In this document: positions 1-9,123 of the stretch, piece after piece
How the letters are laid out: every line of letters starts with the position of its first letter
Numbering within the stretch: the first letter of the stretch is position 1
NCBI GenBank assembly: GCA_910585505.1
Contig: CAJUFF010000001.1
Span: forward strand, 23,579 to 87,578
Length of the DNA stretch: 64,000 bases
From: an uncultured Ruminiclostridium sp.
Lineage (GTDB): Bacteria > Bacillota > Clostridia > Oscillospirales > Ruminococcaceae
Reading direction: 5' to 3'
Made by a program: the position numbers and the translations under genes
The notes under the pieces: model-generated
Database searches by the model: none
The model's input: the letters and a program-made list of their open reading frames with translations, nothing else
What the model was told of the DNA's origin: nothing

Positions 1-794
1 CCGGAAACGACGCGGCCAATGCCGCCGCGGTAAGCGTAAGCGGATCCATGGGAAAATTCGTGGAGCTTATGAACAAAAAAGCGGAGGAACTGGGGCTTGT
101 CAACACTCATTTTGCCAATCCATCCGGACTTGACGCACAGGGACACTTCACCACCGCCTATGATCTGGCAATATTGACCAAAACCGCTCTCGAAAACCCC
201 GTTTTCGCGGAAATATGCCGCTGTGCCGACGCTCAGGTGGAATTCGGGAATCCCCCTTATCTCCGCCGTCTCGCCAACTCAAATAAAATGCTGTGGCAAT
301 ACGAAGGCTGTTACGGAGTTAAGACCGGATTCACCGACAACGCCCGCCGCTGTCTTGTCTCGGCGGCGGAGCGCAAAGGGGTAAAGCTTATCTGCGTTAC
401 ACTCAACGCTCCCGACGACTGGGAAGATCACCGAAAAATGCTTGACTACGGCTTTGAGCAGGTAAAAAGAACCGAAGTGGTTCTCCCCTCCCCCGTCACT
501 CTTCCTGTAATAGGAGGGACGGCGGATAAAGTGCCCCTCACGCTGGGAGACAGGGTAATACTGCCCCTCTCGCAGAACGAATTAAAATCCGTATCCTTTA
601 AAATAAGCACGGAGCCTTTCCTTTACTCCGGTTTTGAAGCGGGTAAAAAAACGGGAAGCGTAGAAATATACCTTGACGGGGAATTTATCCGAAAAGTGGA
701 TCTGATAGCCGCCGAAGGCGTAAGCCGATCCGAGGAAAAGCTTAATTTTACCGAAAAGCTCTTTAAATTTTTAAGACAGTTTTTCTTGGGCTGA
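1..794 (+). CDS. D-alanyl-D-alanine carboxypeptidase (peptidase S11, DacB/DacF-like), 5'-truncated by window edge
   Basis: Frame open from nt 3 (GNDAANAAA); NPSGL, KTGFT motif, PBP5-like C-terminal domain. Confidence 0.9.
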   Translation, partial: GNDAANAAAVSVSGSMGKFVELMNKKAEELGLVNTHFANPSGLDAQGHFTTAYDLAILTKTALENPVFAEICRCADAQVEFGNPPYLRRLANSNKMLWQYEGCYGVKTGFTDNARRCLVSAAERKGVKLICVTLNAPDDWEDHRKMLDYGFEQVKRTEVVLPSPVTLPVIGGTADKVPLTLGDRVILPLSQNELKSVSFKISTEPFLYSGFEAGKKTGSVEIYLDGEFIRKVDLIAAEGVSRSEEKLNFTEKLFKFLRQFFLG

Positions 795-831
795 CGGCCA
801 TAATACCGAAGAATAATTTCGATACACGAAA

Positions 832-1239
832 TTATTCTTCGCTTATATCCTCGCCGTTATTTTCCGAAGCATCGGACTTCTTGGCGAAAATATCCTTTAC
901 CTTTGCAACTATTCCCGGAACGCCCTCGATAAGACTGTCTACGGGGCTGTCCTTGGCGCCCAGCTCAAGCATTTTAACGTCTCCGTCCCTTGTGATAACT
1001 ATAAAAGCCTGAGGCTTAATGGAAATGCCCGCGCCGGAGCCGCCGGCGAACACCTCCTTGGGTACGCTTGCGGGAATATCCGAGCCTCCTGCCACAAAGC
1101 CGAAAGAAACCTTTGAAACGGGTATTATAACCGTACCGTCGGGGGATTCTACGGGCTCGCCGATAATTGTGTTTACATCCACCAACTCGCGTATTTTTTC
1201 CATAGATGTGCTCATAAGTCCTTCAAGATGCTGTGCCAT
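832..1239 (-). CDS. ytfJ: Sporulation/germination protein YtfJ (GerW family)
   Basis: DVNTIIGEP..IIPVSKVSFGF..GGSGAG signature; next to ytfI and scpB. Confidence 0.9.
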   Translation of the reverse strand: MAQHLEGLMSTSMEKIRELVDVNTIIGEPVESPDGTVIIPVSKVSFGFVAGGSDIPASVPKEVFAGGSGAGISIKPQAFIVITRDGDVKMLELGAKDSPVDSLIEGVPGIVAKVKDIFAKKSDASENNGEDISEE

Positions 1240-1293
1240 AATTTTTCCTTTCTGTAAGACGATTTTTCGTCAATTTTATTTTATTAAACATAA

Positions 1294-2073
1294 TCATGCC
1301 GCTTTTGGCGGTGCGCTGCCTTCGGCCTTCTCACTTAACGCGTTCAGCTCCTTAAGCTCGCCGTAAACGGCCGCCGCTGCCCATAATCCACTGTGCAGAA
1401 GCGTGGAAAGCCGCAATTTAACAGTAGCCTTAGCGTAATAAACGCTTTTTTCCAATTCAAAGTCCGCTCTTATATTGATTTCTTCCGCTTTAAAGGTAAT
1501 CATACCGTCCAAAAACGCCGCAAGTCCGTCCACCGCCGCGCAGTGCACACCGTAGCTTATGGCGGTTTTGGCCGCGTCGCTGCCGCCCACGGTTATGTCC
1601 GCATATACGCCGGTAACCCTTATTTTTTTAAAAAGCCTTTTTATATGCGGCTTGGCCTTACCCAATATTCTGAATATAAGCTCCGGAGTCATGCCGGATT
1701 TTTTCTTTTGTTTTTTTTCTTCCGGTTTACTCCGTACAGCGCTTTTTAAATTATCCGGCGGAGCCTCGGAACGTTCCTTTTCCTCGGCTTCGGGAATGTG
1801 TGCCTTTTCCGTCGGCAAATGCCGCGGCTTTTTTTCGGCTATATGCTTACCTGTTTTTTTTGCCTTTTTTTCCTCCCTGCGTTTTTTCTTTTCGGTCTTT
1901 CGCTTTTTCTTTTTTTGCTCTTTAGGTGAAAGCGGGTCTTTGGCTATGGTAAAAAACAGGTACTTTATCTTAAATTTAAAGACTTTGTCGTATTCAAGCT
2001 CGGCAGTGATTGAAGACGCCAACAGAAGGAAAAGCAAAAGGGCGATCGCCGCTGTTATTATAAGTGCAGTCAA
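1294..2073 (-). CDS. YtfI-like DUF2953 membrane-anchored protein
   Basis: N-terminal TM, DAAKTAISYG motif, position upstream of ytfJ; TTG start with AAAGGAG RBS. Confidence 0.75.
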   Translation of the reverse strand: MTALIITAAIALLLFLLLASSITAELEYDKVFKFKIKYLFFTIAKDPLSPKEQKKKKRKTEKKKRREEKKAKKTGKHIAEKKPRHLPTEKAHIPEAEEKERSEAPPDNLKSAVRSKPEEKKQKKKSGMTPELIFRILGKAKPHIKRLFKKIRVTGVYADITVGGSDAAKTAISYGVHCAAVDGLAAFLDGMITFKAEEINIRADFELEKSVYYAKATVKLRLSTLLHSGLWAAAAVYGELKELNALSEKAEGSAPPKAA

Positions 2074-2087
2074 ATAAGCGTCTCCTT

Positions 2088-2307
2088 TCTTTGTTCAAAA
2101 GTTCGTCCAAGAATAACTTGACCAAAGATTATAACAATCCAACAAAAATATAAATAGGAGCGAAGCGACTAATTGTCCTTTCCGCTTCCCTTTCGGACTC
2201 CGAAAGGGAAGTAGGGGAGTCCAAAGGACGGGGGCAACGCCCCCAAATCTTGCGTTTTTTTGCACTGTTTGTAATTTTGTTTAAACTTTTTTTGGTTTGC
2301 TATAGTA
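2088..2307. mobile_element. Modular hairpin MITE-like element (hairpin + module A)
   Basis: Core GGAGCGAAGCGACTAATTGTCC...GCAACGCCCCCAAA near-identical to copies at ~60204 and ~62285; ends TATAGTA directly against the scpB stop. Confidence 0.8.
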
Positions 2308-2934
2308 TTACTCCCCTTCGTTCTCCATCTCATACGTGTCCAGCTGTCCCGCCAGTCTCTCCGCCTGCTCGTCTATTTCCCGCTGATCGATTCCGTCCAT
2401 ATCGTCAAGGATCATCTGTCCTTCCTGAACGGGTAAAGGCGGGAGATCGTCAATGCTCTTTAACCCAAAACAGCGCAGAAACGTATCAGTGGTGCGATAA
2501 GCTATCGGTCTTCCCGGAAGCTCAAGCCTCCCCGCCTCCTCGATAAGACCCTTCTCAACTAAAGTGTTGACAACTCCGGAGCTGTCTATTCCTCTGATCT
2601 GTTCCACAAATCCCTTAGTCACGGGCTGATTATAGGCTATTACCGCCAGACATTCCAGCGCCGCCTGCGATAAAGGCGTTTGCCTGTGAGAATCCAACGC
2701 CGCTTTTACATAGGACGCCAGCTCCTCCTGAGTGGAAAGCTGAAACGCGCTGCCTAACCTGATTATTCTTAACCCGCTTCCCATTACCGAATAACGGCGT
2801 TCAAGCTGATTAAGTATTTTGGCGGTGGTATCCGTATCTATTCCCGACGCTTCCGACAGTTTATCCAACGTTATCGGGTCGGCGTAAGCGAAAAGTATCG
2901 CTTCAACTATCGCCATACCTTCTACTATTTCCAT
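2308..2934 (-). CDS. scpB: SMC-Scp complex subunit ScpB
   Basis: LSQAALECLAVIAYNQPVT..IRG..PGRP..YRTT..FL motif; follows scpA. Confidence 0.95.
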   Translation of the reverse strand: MEIVEGMAIVEAILFAYADPITLDKLSEASGIDTDTTAKILNQLERRYSVMGSGLRIIRLGSAFQLSTQEELASYVKAALDSHRQTPLSQAALECLAVIAYNQPVTKGFVEQIRGIDSSGVVNTLVEKGLIEEAGRLELPGRPIAYRTTDTFLRCFGLKSIDDLPPLPVQEGQMILDDMDGIDQREIDEQAERLAGQLDTYEMENEGE

Positions 2935-3043
2935 TCGATCACTTTTCCTTTTGTTTTTTATTCCAATCCGCCTTTACCGTTAAAAAACGAAATTTTATGC
3001 GCAAGAGCGTCGGACAGAAATAAAACGCTTTCCATGGAGCGTT

Positions 3044-3790
3044 TTATTCCTCGTCCCGAAAGCTTACTCGATTTCTTTTAATGCGCTCTGCCCTGTCTGT
3101 AGGCTTATATTCCAGCCACTCGTTATCCTCCGAAATACTGACGTAACCGTATTTGGAAAGCTCCAAAAGTGCCAGAAAGGTCGCAACCTGCTCCGAGCGG
3201 TTTTGCCCGCCGTACAGGCTCCTCAGTTCTATTCCGCAGCTTTTCTTTATTTTTTTCAGCACGTACAGCACCTTTGTAAATACCGTAACATAGCTTTTCG
3301 CTACAATGGGCTTCATAGAAGGCGGGCGCGCGTTGAATTTTGCCATAGCCACACGGTCGGTCATTGCCGCAACAGCGGCATACAGCTCAAAAGGATCGTG
3401 ATTAAGCTTATAGGAGAAATCCGTGTCTATTTTCATAGGTTCCCTTACGAATATCTCCGTTCCCTTCCACTTTTCCCTGAGCTTTTCCGCTATCACCTTA
3501 CAGAGGGCGTATTCAACCAACGTACCCTCCAGCTCCTTTTTAAGCTGTTCCGCCTCATGCTTGGGCAGCAGCGCGGAGGATTTTATTAAAATAAGATGAG
3601 CGGCCATTTCCATAAATTCGCCCGCTATCTCCATATTCGCTTCCTGCATCTGCTCCAGATAAAGCAAAAACTGTTCCAGAAGCACCGATATCTCTATATC
3701 CCTTATATTTAATTTATGTTTCTGTATCAGGGAAAGCATAAGATCAAGGGGACCCTCGAACACCTTAAGCTTAAAGTTCAGTTCCTGCAT
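3044..3790 (-). CDS. scpA: Segregation/condensation protein ScpA
   Basis: FEGPLDLML..LILIKS..LLP; TFLALLEL. Confidence 0.95.
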   Translation of the reverse strand: MQELNFKLKVFEGPLDLMLSLIQKHKLNIRDIEISVLLEQFLLYLEQMQEANMEIAGEFMEMAAHLILIKSSALLPKHEAEQLKKELEGTLVEYALCKVIAEKLREKWKGTEIFVREPMKIDTDFSYKLNHDPFELYAAVAAMTDRVAMAKFNARPPSMKPIVAKSYVTVFTKVLYVLKKIKKSCGIELRSLYGGQNRSEQVATFLALLELSKYGYVSISEDNEWLEYKPTDRAERIKRNRVSFRDEE

Positions 3791-3800
3791 TTTTTAAAAA

Positions 3801-4499
3801 CTATACTCCCATAAAAAATTCCACATATCCCGTGGCATAAAACAGTCCCTTTGATATCCACGTCGAAAGAAAGCTCATGGGTATGCTGAACACTCCGAAC
3901 AGAAACATCAGCATTATAACCATCATTATCGCTCTTTCGTACCTCATTATCCTTATAAAAAGCTTGGTGGGCAGGAAAGCCATAAAAAAGCGCGCTCCGT
4001 CAAAGGGCGGCACAGGAAGCAGATTAAAGACTGCGAGATATATGCTGACGCTTACTATCCGTATTGTGGTGTAGTAAAGGTACAGCTCCGCGCACGCGTT
4101 GCCCGAAGCGATAACCTCGGTGTTGGAATACAAAATTATTTTTTCCGCTATCACAGTCACATAAGCTATCAGCAGATTAGCCAAAGGTCCCGCCAGAGCG
4201 ATTATCGCCGTAGCGATACGCGGCCTTGTCTTGGAACAGCGGAAAGGATTTATCGGTATCGGCCTCCCCCAGCCGAAGCCGAACAGCACCACTGCCAAGG
4301 TTCCCATAATATCCACGTGAAGAAAAGGATTAAGCGAAAGCCTTCCGCTTTTTTCGGGGGTAGGATCGCCTAACGCTTTTGCTGCCCAGCCGTGAGCGCA
4401 CTCGTGCAGAGGAATCTCCACCAGAATTATTATCAAACAGACAAAGATTTCCACTACTATCATTGCGCTGCTTGCGGTTTGATTCGCAAGATTTAACAT
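3801..4499 (-). CDS. Site-2 protease (peptidase M50)
   Basis: HECAH zinc motif, NLLPVPPFDG, multiple TMs. Confidence 0.92.
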   Translation of the reverse strand: MLNLANQTASSAMIVVEIFVCLIIILVEIPLHECAHGWAAKALGDPTPEKSGRLSLNPFLHVDIMGTLAVVLFGFGWGRPIPINPFRCSKTRPRIATAIIALAGPLANLLIAYVTVIAEKIILYSNTEVIASGNACAELYLYYTTIRIVSVSIYLAVFNLLPVPPFDGARFFMAFLPTKLFIRIMRYERAIMMVIMLMFLFGVFSIPMSFLSTWISKGLFYATGYVEFFMGV

Positions 4500-4541
4500 A
4501 ACCCCCGCCTTTCCGATTTTTATCTTTTATCAGCTATTTAA

Positions 4542-4899
4542 TACTAATTTTGATCAAGATATAGACAAATAATACTAATTTAATGTTTCCGGTGCAATCT
4601 CTTTTTAATCTATGGGCATTGCGTCGGTTTAATACTAATACTAATCCTTTTTAAAACTGTTGGATTAGTGTTTTGAGTGCAACCCTTTTTAAACTATGGA
4701 TTTTATCCATAGTTTAAAAAGGGATTGGTATAAATCCCAATAGAAATCAGACAAATCCGACGATTGGAGCGTCCCTACTCTGCGTCAGCCCTCCTTGAAA
4801 TATGGCATATTCCTGCGTCGGGACTTCCTTGATTAGGAACGCCCCACCCGCCGCCTTTGTCTGATTTCTACTGAGAATTAGTATAAAAAGAGATTGGTA
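4542..4899. mobile_element. Nested cluster of modular hairpin MITE-like elements
   Basis: 4639-4730 lies inside element B (4633-4883), which lies inside 4573-4899; the two inner insertions have TAA duplications. Confidence 0.85.
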
Positions 4900-5017
4900 T
4901 ATAACAAGTTATTTTTTTATTATACAACATTTTGGGATAAATTTCAAGTAGTTGATTCTAATATCTGTTTAAAAAGTAAACAAGTCGCTTTTTAACATTA
5001 CAGGTTATTGGACATTA

Positions 5018-5194
5018 TACTAATACTGTTAACCAATTAAAAATTGGAAAAATGGTTTTTAATTGGTTAACAGTGTTTCGGGTGTAATAACCATTTTGAC
5101 TATGATTTTATCCAGTGTCAAAATGGTTATTAGTATAAAATGTATAACCAAAGATTACTGCCAGTCAAGCCTGCAACTTGATTAAAGTTTGGTA
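5018..5194. mobile_element. Modular hairpin elements (two-hairpin unit 5024-5135 plus degenerate hairpin)
   Basis: TAA-TACTGTTAACC...GTGTTTCGGGTGTAAT...ATTAGTA-TAA; modules shared with 25273-25326 and 60338-60446. Confidence 0.75.
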
Positions 5195-5202
5195 TCAGAC
5201 GA

Positions 5203-5249
5203 AATCCCGGTTCAGCTCGCGGATAAAATCCACAGGCTGAACCGGGATT
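5203..5249 (-). terminator. Stem-loop downstream of galT
   Basis: AATCCCGGTTCAGC...GCTGAACCGGGATT inverted repeat just past the stop. Confidence 0.55.
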
Positions 5250-5263
5250 GACATAAATAACCG

Positions 5264-6763
5264 TTATAACTGCTCGGTAAATCTCACAAACGCTTCCTTG
5301 CCTTTTTCGTCCCTCTTAAACACACCAGCATCGCAAAGCACTTGTTCAAATACCCTTCCAACTTCCGTACGGATTATTTCCTCCGCGTTCCCTGCGTTCA
5401 ATTCGGGATGCTGTTTTACAACGCCCTTTGCCCATTCCGCGTGGGAAGCCGTTGCGGGATCGGCAGTCAGATCCTTCTCCTCAAGTAAGGCCTTTTCCAG
5501 CGCCTTAAGCTCCACCGCAAGCCTTGAGGGCAGTACCGCCAGCCCCATTACCTCGATAAGACCTATGTTTTCCTTTTTTATATGATGTAACGACGGGTTA
5601 GGGTGATAAACCCCCAACGGTCTCTCCTTGGTTGTTATGTTATTGCGCAGCACCAGATCGCATTCGTACACATCCCCCTTCATTCGTGCGATAGGCGTTA
5701 TCGTATTGTGAGGCGTTCCATTGGTCTCGGCGAAAACAAACACGCTTTCGTCGCTGTAACCTCTCCATGATTTTAAAATAAGGTCGCATACCTTTACCAA
5801 TTCGCCCCTGCTTCGGCTTTGCGCCCTGATAACCGACATAGGCCACTTTAATGTTCCCAAAGTAACATCGGGAAAGGCGGGAAGAGAAAAATATCTTTCA
5901 ATTTTCGCCTTTTCCATGGCGAAACTATAATTTCCCCCCTGAAAATGCTCATGACTGAGAATGGAGCCGCCTACTATTGGGAGATCGGCGTTTGAACCGA
6001 CAAAATAGTGGGGCACATACTCAATAAAATCAAACAGCTTTTCAAACACCGCCGCGTCTATCTTCATGGGGGTGTGATTTTCGTTGAAAACTATACAGTG
6101 CTCGTTGTAATATCCGTAAGGCGAATATTGGAGCTGCCATTTTTCTCCGCCTACGGTAACCGGGACGGGACGGAGATTCTGACGTGCGGGGTGAGTCGGA
6201 GTTCCGGAAAAACCCTCGTTTTCAAGACATAATTGGCATTTAGGGTAAGCCGTGGACTGCGCTTTTCCCTGCTTCGCTATGTCGCGGGGATCCTTTTCGG
6301 GCTTTGAGCGGTTTATGGTAATATCAAATTCGCCGTACTCGGATTCGTATTTCCACTTTAAATCCTTCGCAATTCTGCCCGCTCTTACATAATTTACGCT
6401 TTTATTATACTCATAGTAATTTGACACGGCGTTTTCCGGTGAAACTGAATTATACCTGCGCAAAAACTCATCGTACACCTCGTGAGGAAGGGGAGTTACC
6501 ACTCCCATAAGCTTTGTGTCAAACAAGTCCCTTGAATTTGCGGTATCTTCCGTAATGGAATTGTCGCAGGCGTATTTTATAAGCCGCTCCAATATTTCGT
6601 CAACGGACAGTCCCTCGTCCTCCTCGTTTATTTCTGGCTCCTCCCAATCGGAAAGCCCGAAAATATTCATATATTGATTTCGGATAACAATTTCGTCAAT
6701 CGGCTTAATAAGCCCTTTTCTGACCGAATAGTTTATAAGAAGCTGTACATCCCTGCAAATCAT
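5264..6763 (-). CDS. galT: Galactose-1-phosphate uridylyltransferase (Firmicutes type)
   Basis: SKPEKDP, YPKCQLC, HPARQN, GSNADLPIVGGSILSHEHFQGG, HIKKENIGLIEVMGLA; start set to ATG with AAAGGAG RBS. Confidence 0.95.
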   Translation of the reverse strand: MICRDVQLLINYSVRKGLIKPIDEIVIRNQYMNIFGLSDWEEPEINEEDEGLSVDEILERLIKYACDNSITEDTANSRDLFDTKLMGVVTPLPHEVYDEFLRRYNSVSPENAVSNYYEYNKSVNYVRAGRIAKDLKWKYESEYGEFDITINRSKPEKDPRDIAKQGKAQSTAYPKCQLCLENEGFSGTPTHPARQNLRPVPVTVGGEKWQLQYSPYGYYNEHCIVFNENHTPMKIDAAVFEKLFDFIEYVPHYFVGSNADLPIVGGSILSHEHFQGGNYSFAMEKAKIERYFSLPAFPDVTLGTLKWPMSVIRAQSRSRGELVKVCDLILKSWRGYSDESVFVFAETNGTPHNTITPIARMKGDVYECDLVLRNNITTKERPLGVYHPNPSLHHIKKENIGLIEVMGLAVLPSRLAVELKALEKALLEEKDLTADPATASHAEWAKGVVKQHPELNAGNAEEIIRTEVGRVFEQVLCDAGVFKRDEKGKEAFVRFTEQL

Positions 6764-6898
6764 AGGCTTTGCTCCTTTCCTGCAAACGAATGGTATTAAG
6801 GCAACACCGCGCAATGACCGCCTGACGGCTTTGCGTGCGGTATTGCCTTAATTTGTCAAGAACTTAAACGGACTCCTTTATCGGCGCTTTCCCGCTTT

Positions 6899-8689
6899 TT
6901 ACTCAATAGGCTCAAAATCCGCGGCTCCGTGCTTACAAAGGGGACAAACAAAATCCTCCGGCAGCTCGTCTCCCTCATAAACATATCCGCATACCTTGCA
7001 TACGAATCCCTTCTTCCCCTCCGTCTGAGGCTTGGGCTTTACGTTCTTCTGATAATAGGTATAGGTCATGGTCTCGGCGGAGGAAATAACCCTGCTTTCC
7101 GTAATGGCGCAGATAAACATTCCATGCGTTCCGAAGTCCACATACTGCTCCACCTTAAGGGACATAAAAGAATTGATATATTTTGAAAGGAACACTATAC
7201 CGTTATCGGAACGCAGAACCTCTTCGTCCTCAAACTTGTTTACGCTTCTTCCGCTGCGGAATCCGAATTTTTCAAATACCGAGAACGGAGCGTCCTGTGA
7301 AAGGCAGTTTATGTTCATTACCCCGGTCTGCTTGATAATATGGTGAGAGTAATTTTCCTTGTTTATTGTCACCGCAATACGGTTTGGAGTATTGGTTACC
7401 TGCGTTACCGTATTGACAATAAGTCCGTTGTCCTTTTTCCCGTCGTTGCAGGTAACGACATACAAGCCGTAGCCTATGTTGAAAAGCGCCGTGAGATCGT
7501 TCTTGTTTGCGGTCTCTCCGCTGCGGGCAATATAATCGGCACTCAGCGCCGAAGCCAGCTCTTCCAGCTTTTTTGCGCTTTCTTCGTTTAAAGCGGATTT
7601 TACGGTGACAACGGGGTCAATGAAAGTGAGCTTTTTGCTCTTTTCTAACATGGACTTCATTGTTTTTGCCGCTAAGGGCGCCCAAGAGCCGTTTTCGATA
7701 AAGCCTACGATTCTGTTCTGATAGTTTCTCTCAGTGAGATGTTCGATAAAAGTGCGCATAAAAGGGAAAATATCTGCGTTATATGTGGTGGTTGCCAATA
7801 CAAGCTTGTTGTACCTGAAAGCGTCCTCCACCGCCTCCGCCATATCGTCGCGGGCAAGGTCTGTAACAACCACCTTGGGACAGCCGTTGTTTTTGAGTTT
7901 TTCGGCCAACTTCTCAACAGCCGCCTTTGTATGACCGTAAATCGAGGTATAAGCAATGACCACGCCCTCGCTTTCGGGCTCATAGGATGACCATGTATTG
8001 TACAAATCCAGATAGTAGCCCAAATTTTCATTAAGAACAGGACCATGCAGAGGACATATAATCTGTATGTCAAGCCCCGCCGCTTTTTTGAGCAGTGCCT
8101 GCACCTGTGCGCCGTACTTTCCCACTATGCCTATATAATAGCGCCTTGCCTCGCAGGCCCATTTTTCGTCCGCGTCCAGCGCTCCGAATTTTCCGAAGCC
8201 GTCGGCGGAAAACAATACCTTATCAAAGCTGTCATAAGTTACCATAACTTCGGGCCAATGCACCATAGGCGCGGACACGAAATGGAAAGTGTGTTTTCCG
8301 AGGGAAAGGGTGTCTCCTTCCGCTATTACCATGTTCCTGCCCTCAAAATCGGTGCCGAAAAACTGCTTCATCATAGTGAAAGCCTTGGCGCTGGAAACTA
8401 TAACCGCGTCCTTATAGTTATTCATAAAGCTTGCGATATTTGCCGAGTGGTCAGGCTCCATATGCTGTATTATAAGATAGTCGGGCTTGCGGCTGCCTAA
8501 GGCGTTTTCGATATTATCCAGCCATTCATGGGTAAAATGCGCGTCCACCGTATCCATAACAGCTATTTTCTCATCGACTATTACATAGGAATTATAAGCC
8601 ATTCCGTTGGGTACAATATACTGTCCTTCAAACAGATCCACATTATGATCGTTTACGCCCACATACAAAATGTCCTTTGTGATTTTCAT
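6899..8689 (-). CDS. Flavodiiron protein with fused flavin reductase and short rubredoxin domains (O2/NO reductase)
   Basis: HMEPDH, HWPE, SADGFG, PLHG di-iron ligands; flavodoxin SIYGHT; IGYGLYVVT..GTH flavin reductase; CKVC..CPLC. Confidence 0.9.
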   Translation of the reverse strand: MKITKDILYVGVNDHNVDLFEGQYIVPNGMAYNSYVIVDEKIAVMDTVDAHFTHEWLDNIENALGSRKPDYLIIQHMEPDHSANIASFMNNYKDAVIVSSAKAFTMMKQFFGTDFEGRNMVIAEGDTLSLGKHTFHFVSAPMVHWPEVMVTYDSFDKVLFSADGFGKFGALDADEKWACEARRYYIGIVGKYGAQVQALLKKAAGLDIQIICPLHGPVLNENLGYYLDLYNTWSSYEPESEGVVIAYTSIYGHTKAAVEKLAEKLKNNGCPKVVVTDLARDDMAEAVEDAFRYNKLVLATTTYNADIFPFMRTFIEHLTERNYQNRIVGFIENGSWAPLAAKTMKSMLEKSKKLTFIDPVVTVKSALNEESAKKLEELASALSADYIARSGETANKNDLTALFNIGYGLYVVTCNDGKKDNGLIVNTVTQVTNTPNRIAVTINKENYSHHIIKQTGVMNINCLSQDAPFSVFEKFGFRSGRSVNKFEDEEVLRSDNGIVFLSKYINSFMSLKVEQYVDFGTHGMFICAITESRVISSAETMTYTYYQKNVKPKPQTEGKKGFVCKVCGYVYEGDELPEDFVCPLCKHGAADFEPIE

Positions 8690-8726
8690 GTTAATTACCT
8701 CTTTCTTTAAGTATCTTTATGAATTA

Positions 8727-8820
8727 TACCAATCTTTAATCAAGTTGCAGACTTGATTAAAGATTGCACCCGAAACACTGTTTTCATAATTTTCGGATTA
8801 TCTTTTTTTAAAAAACAGTA
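8727..8820. mobile_element. Modular two-hairpin element
   Basis: TACCAATCTTTAATCAAG..CTTGATTAAAGATT-GCACCCGAAACAC-second hairpin-CAGTA; first module also at 25220 and 54016. Confidence 0.75.
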
Positions 8821-8921
8821 TCAGGTACTCGCAGGTTGTTTATTATTACTATTGTACCACGTTTTGGAAAAAAAATAAAGGGGGACGCGGAAAATTTTTT
8901 CTGATACTGCAATTATGTTAA

Positions 8922-9046
8922 TACTAATTTTCAATCATCTTGTAGACAAAATTTCACAGGATCTACAAGATGATTGAAAATTACACCCTAAGAACTAATT
9001 CCCGATCGACAACAAAATTTGTCAGTACTTTGATCGGGAATTAGTA
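8922..9046. mobile_element. Modular two-hairpin element
   Basis: TACTAAT-hairpin-ACACCCTAAGAAC-hairpin-ATTAGTA. Confidence 0.7.
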
Positions 9047-9076
9047 TTATTTTTAATGTTAACTTATCGTATAATA

Positions 9077-9116
9077 AAACGGACCGCCGTAAAAACGACA
9101 GTCCGTTATTTTTTAT
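9077..9116 (-). terminator. Putative intrinsic terminator of the giant LRR gene
   Basis: AACGGACCGCCG..CGACAGTCCGTT imperfect stem with A/T-rich flanks. Confidence 0.5.
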
Positions 9117-9123
9117 TCGGTTT

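Noticed and set aside
2250..2546. Short ORFs overlapping repeat elements (also 25250-25492, 62257-62496)
   Set aside because: Read through non-coding repeats or antisense to real genes; no transposase similarity
4542..5194. Repeat clusters as a CRISPR array or integron attC array
   Set aside because: No regular repeat-spacer period, no cas or intI gene, no RYYYAAC/GTTRRRY boxes; target duplications point to insertion elements
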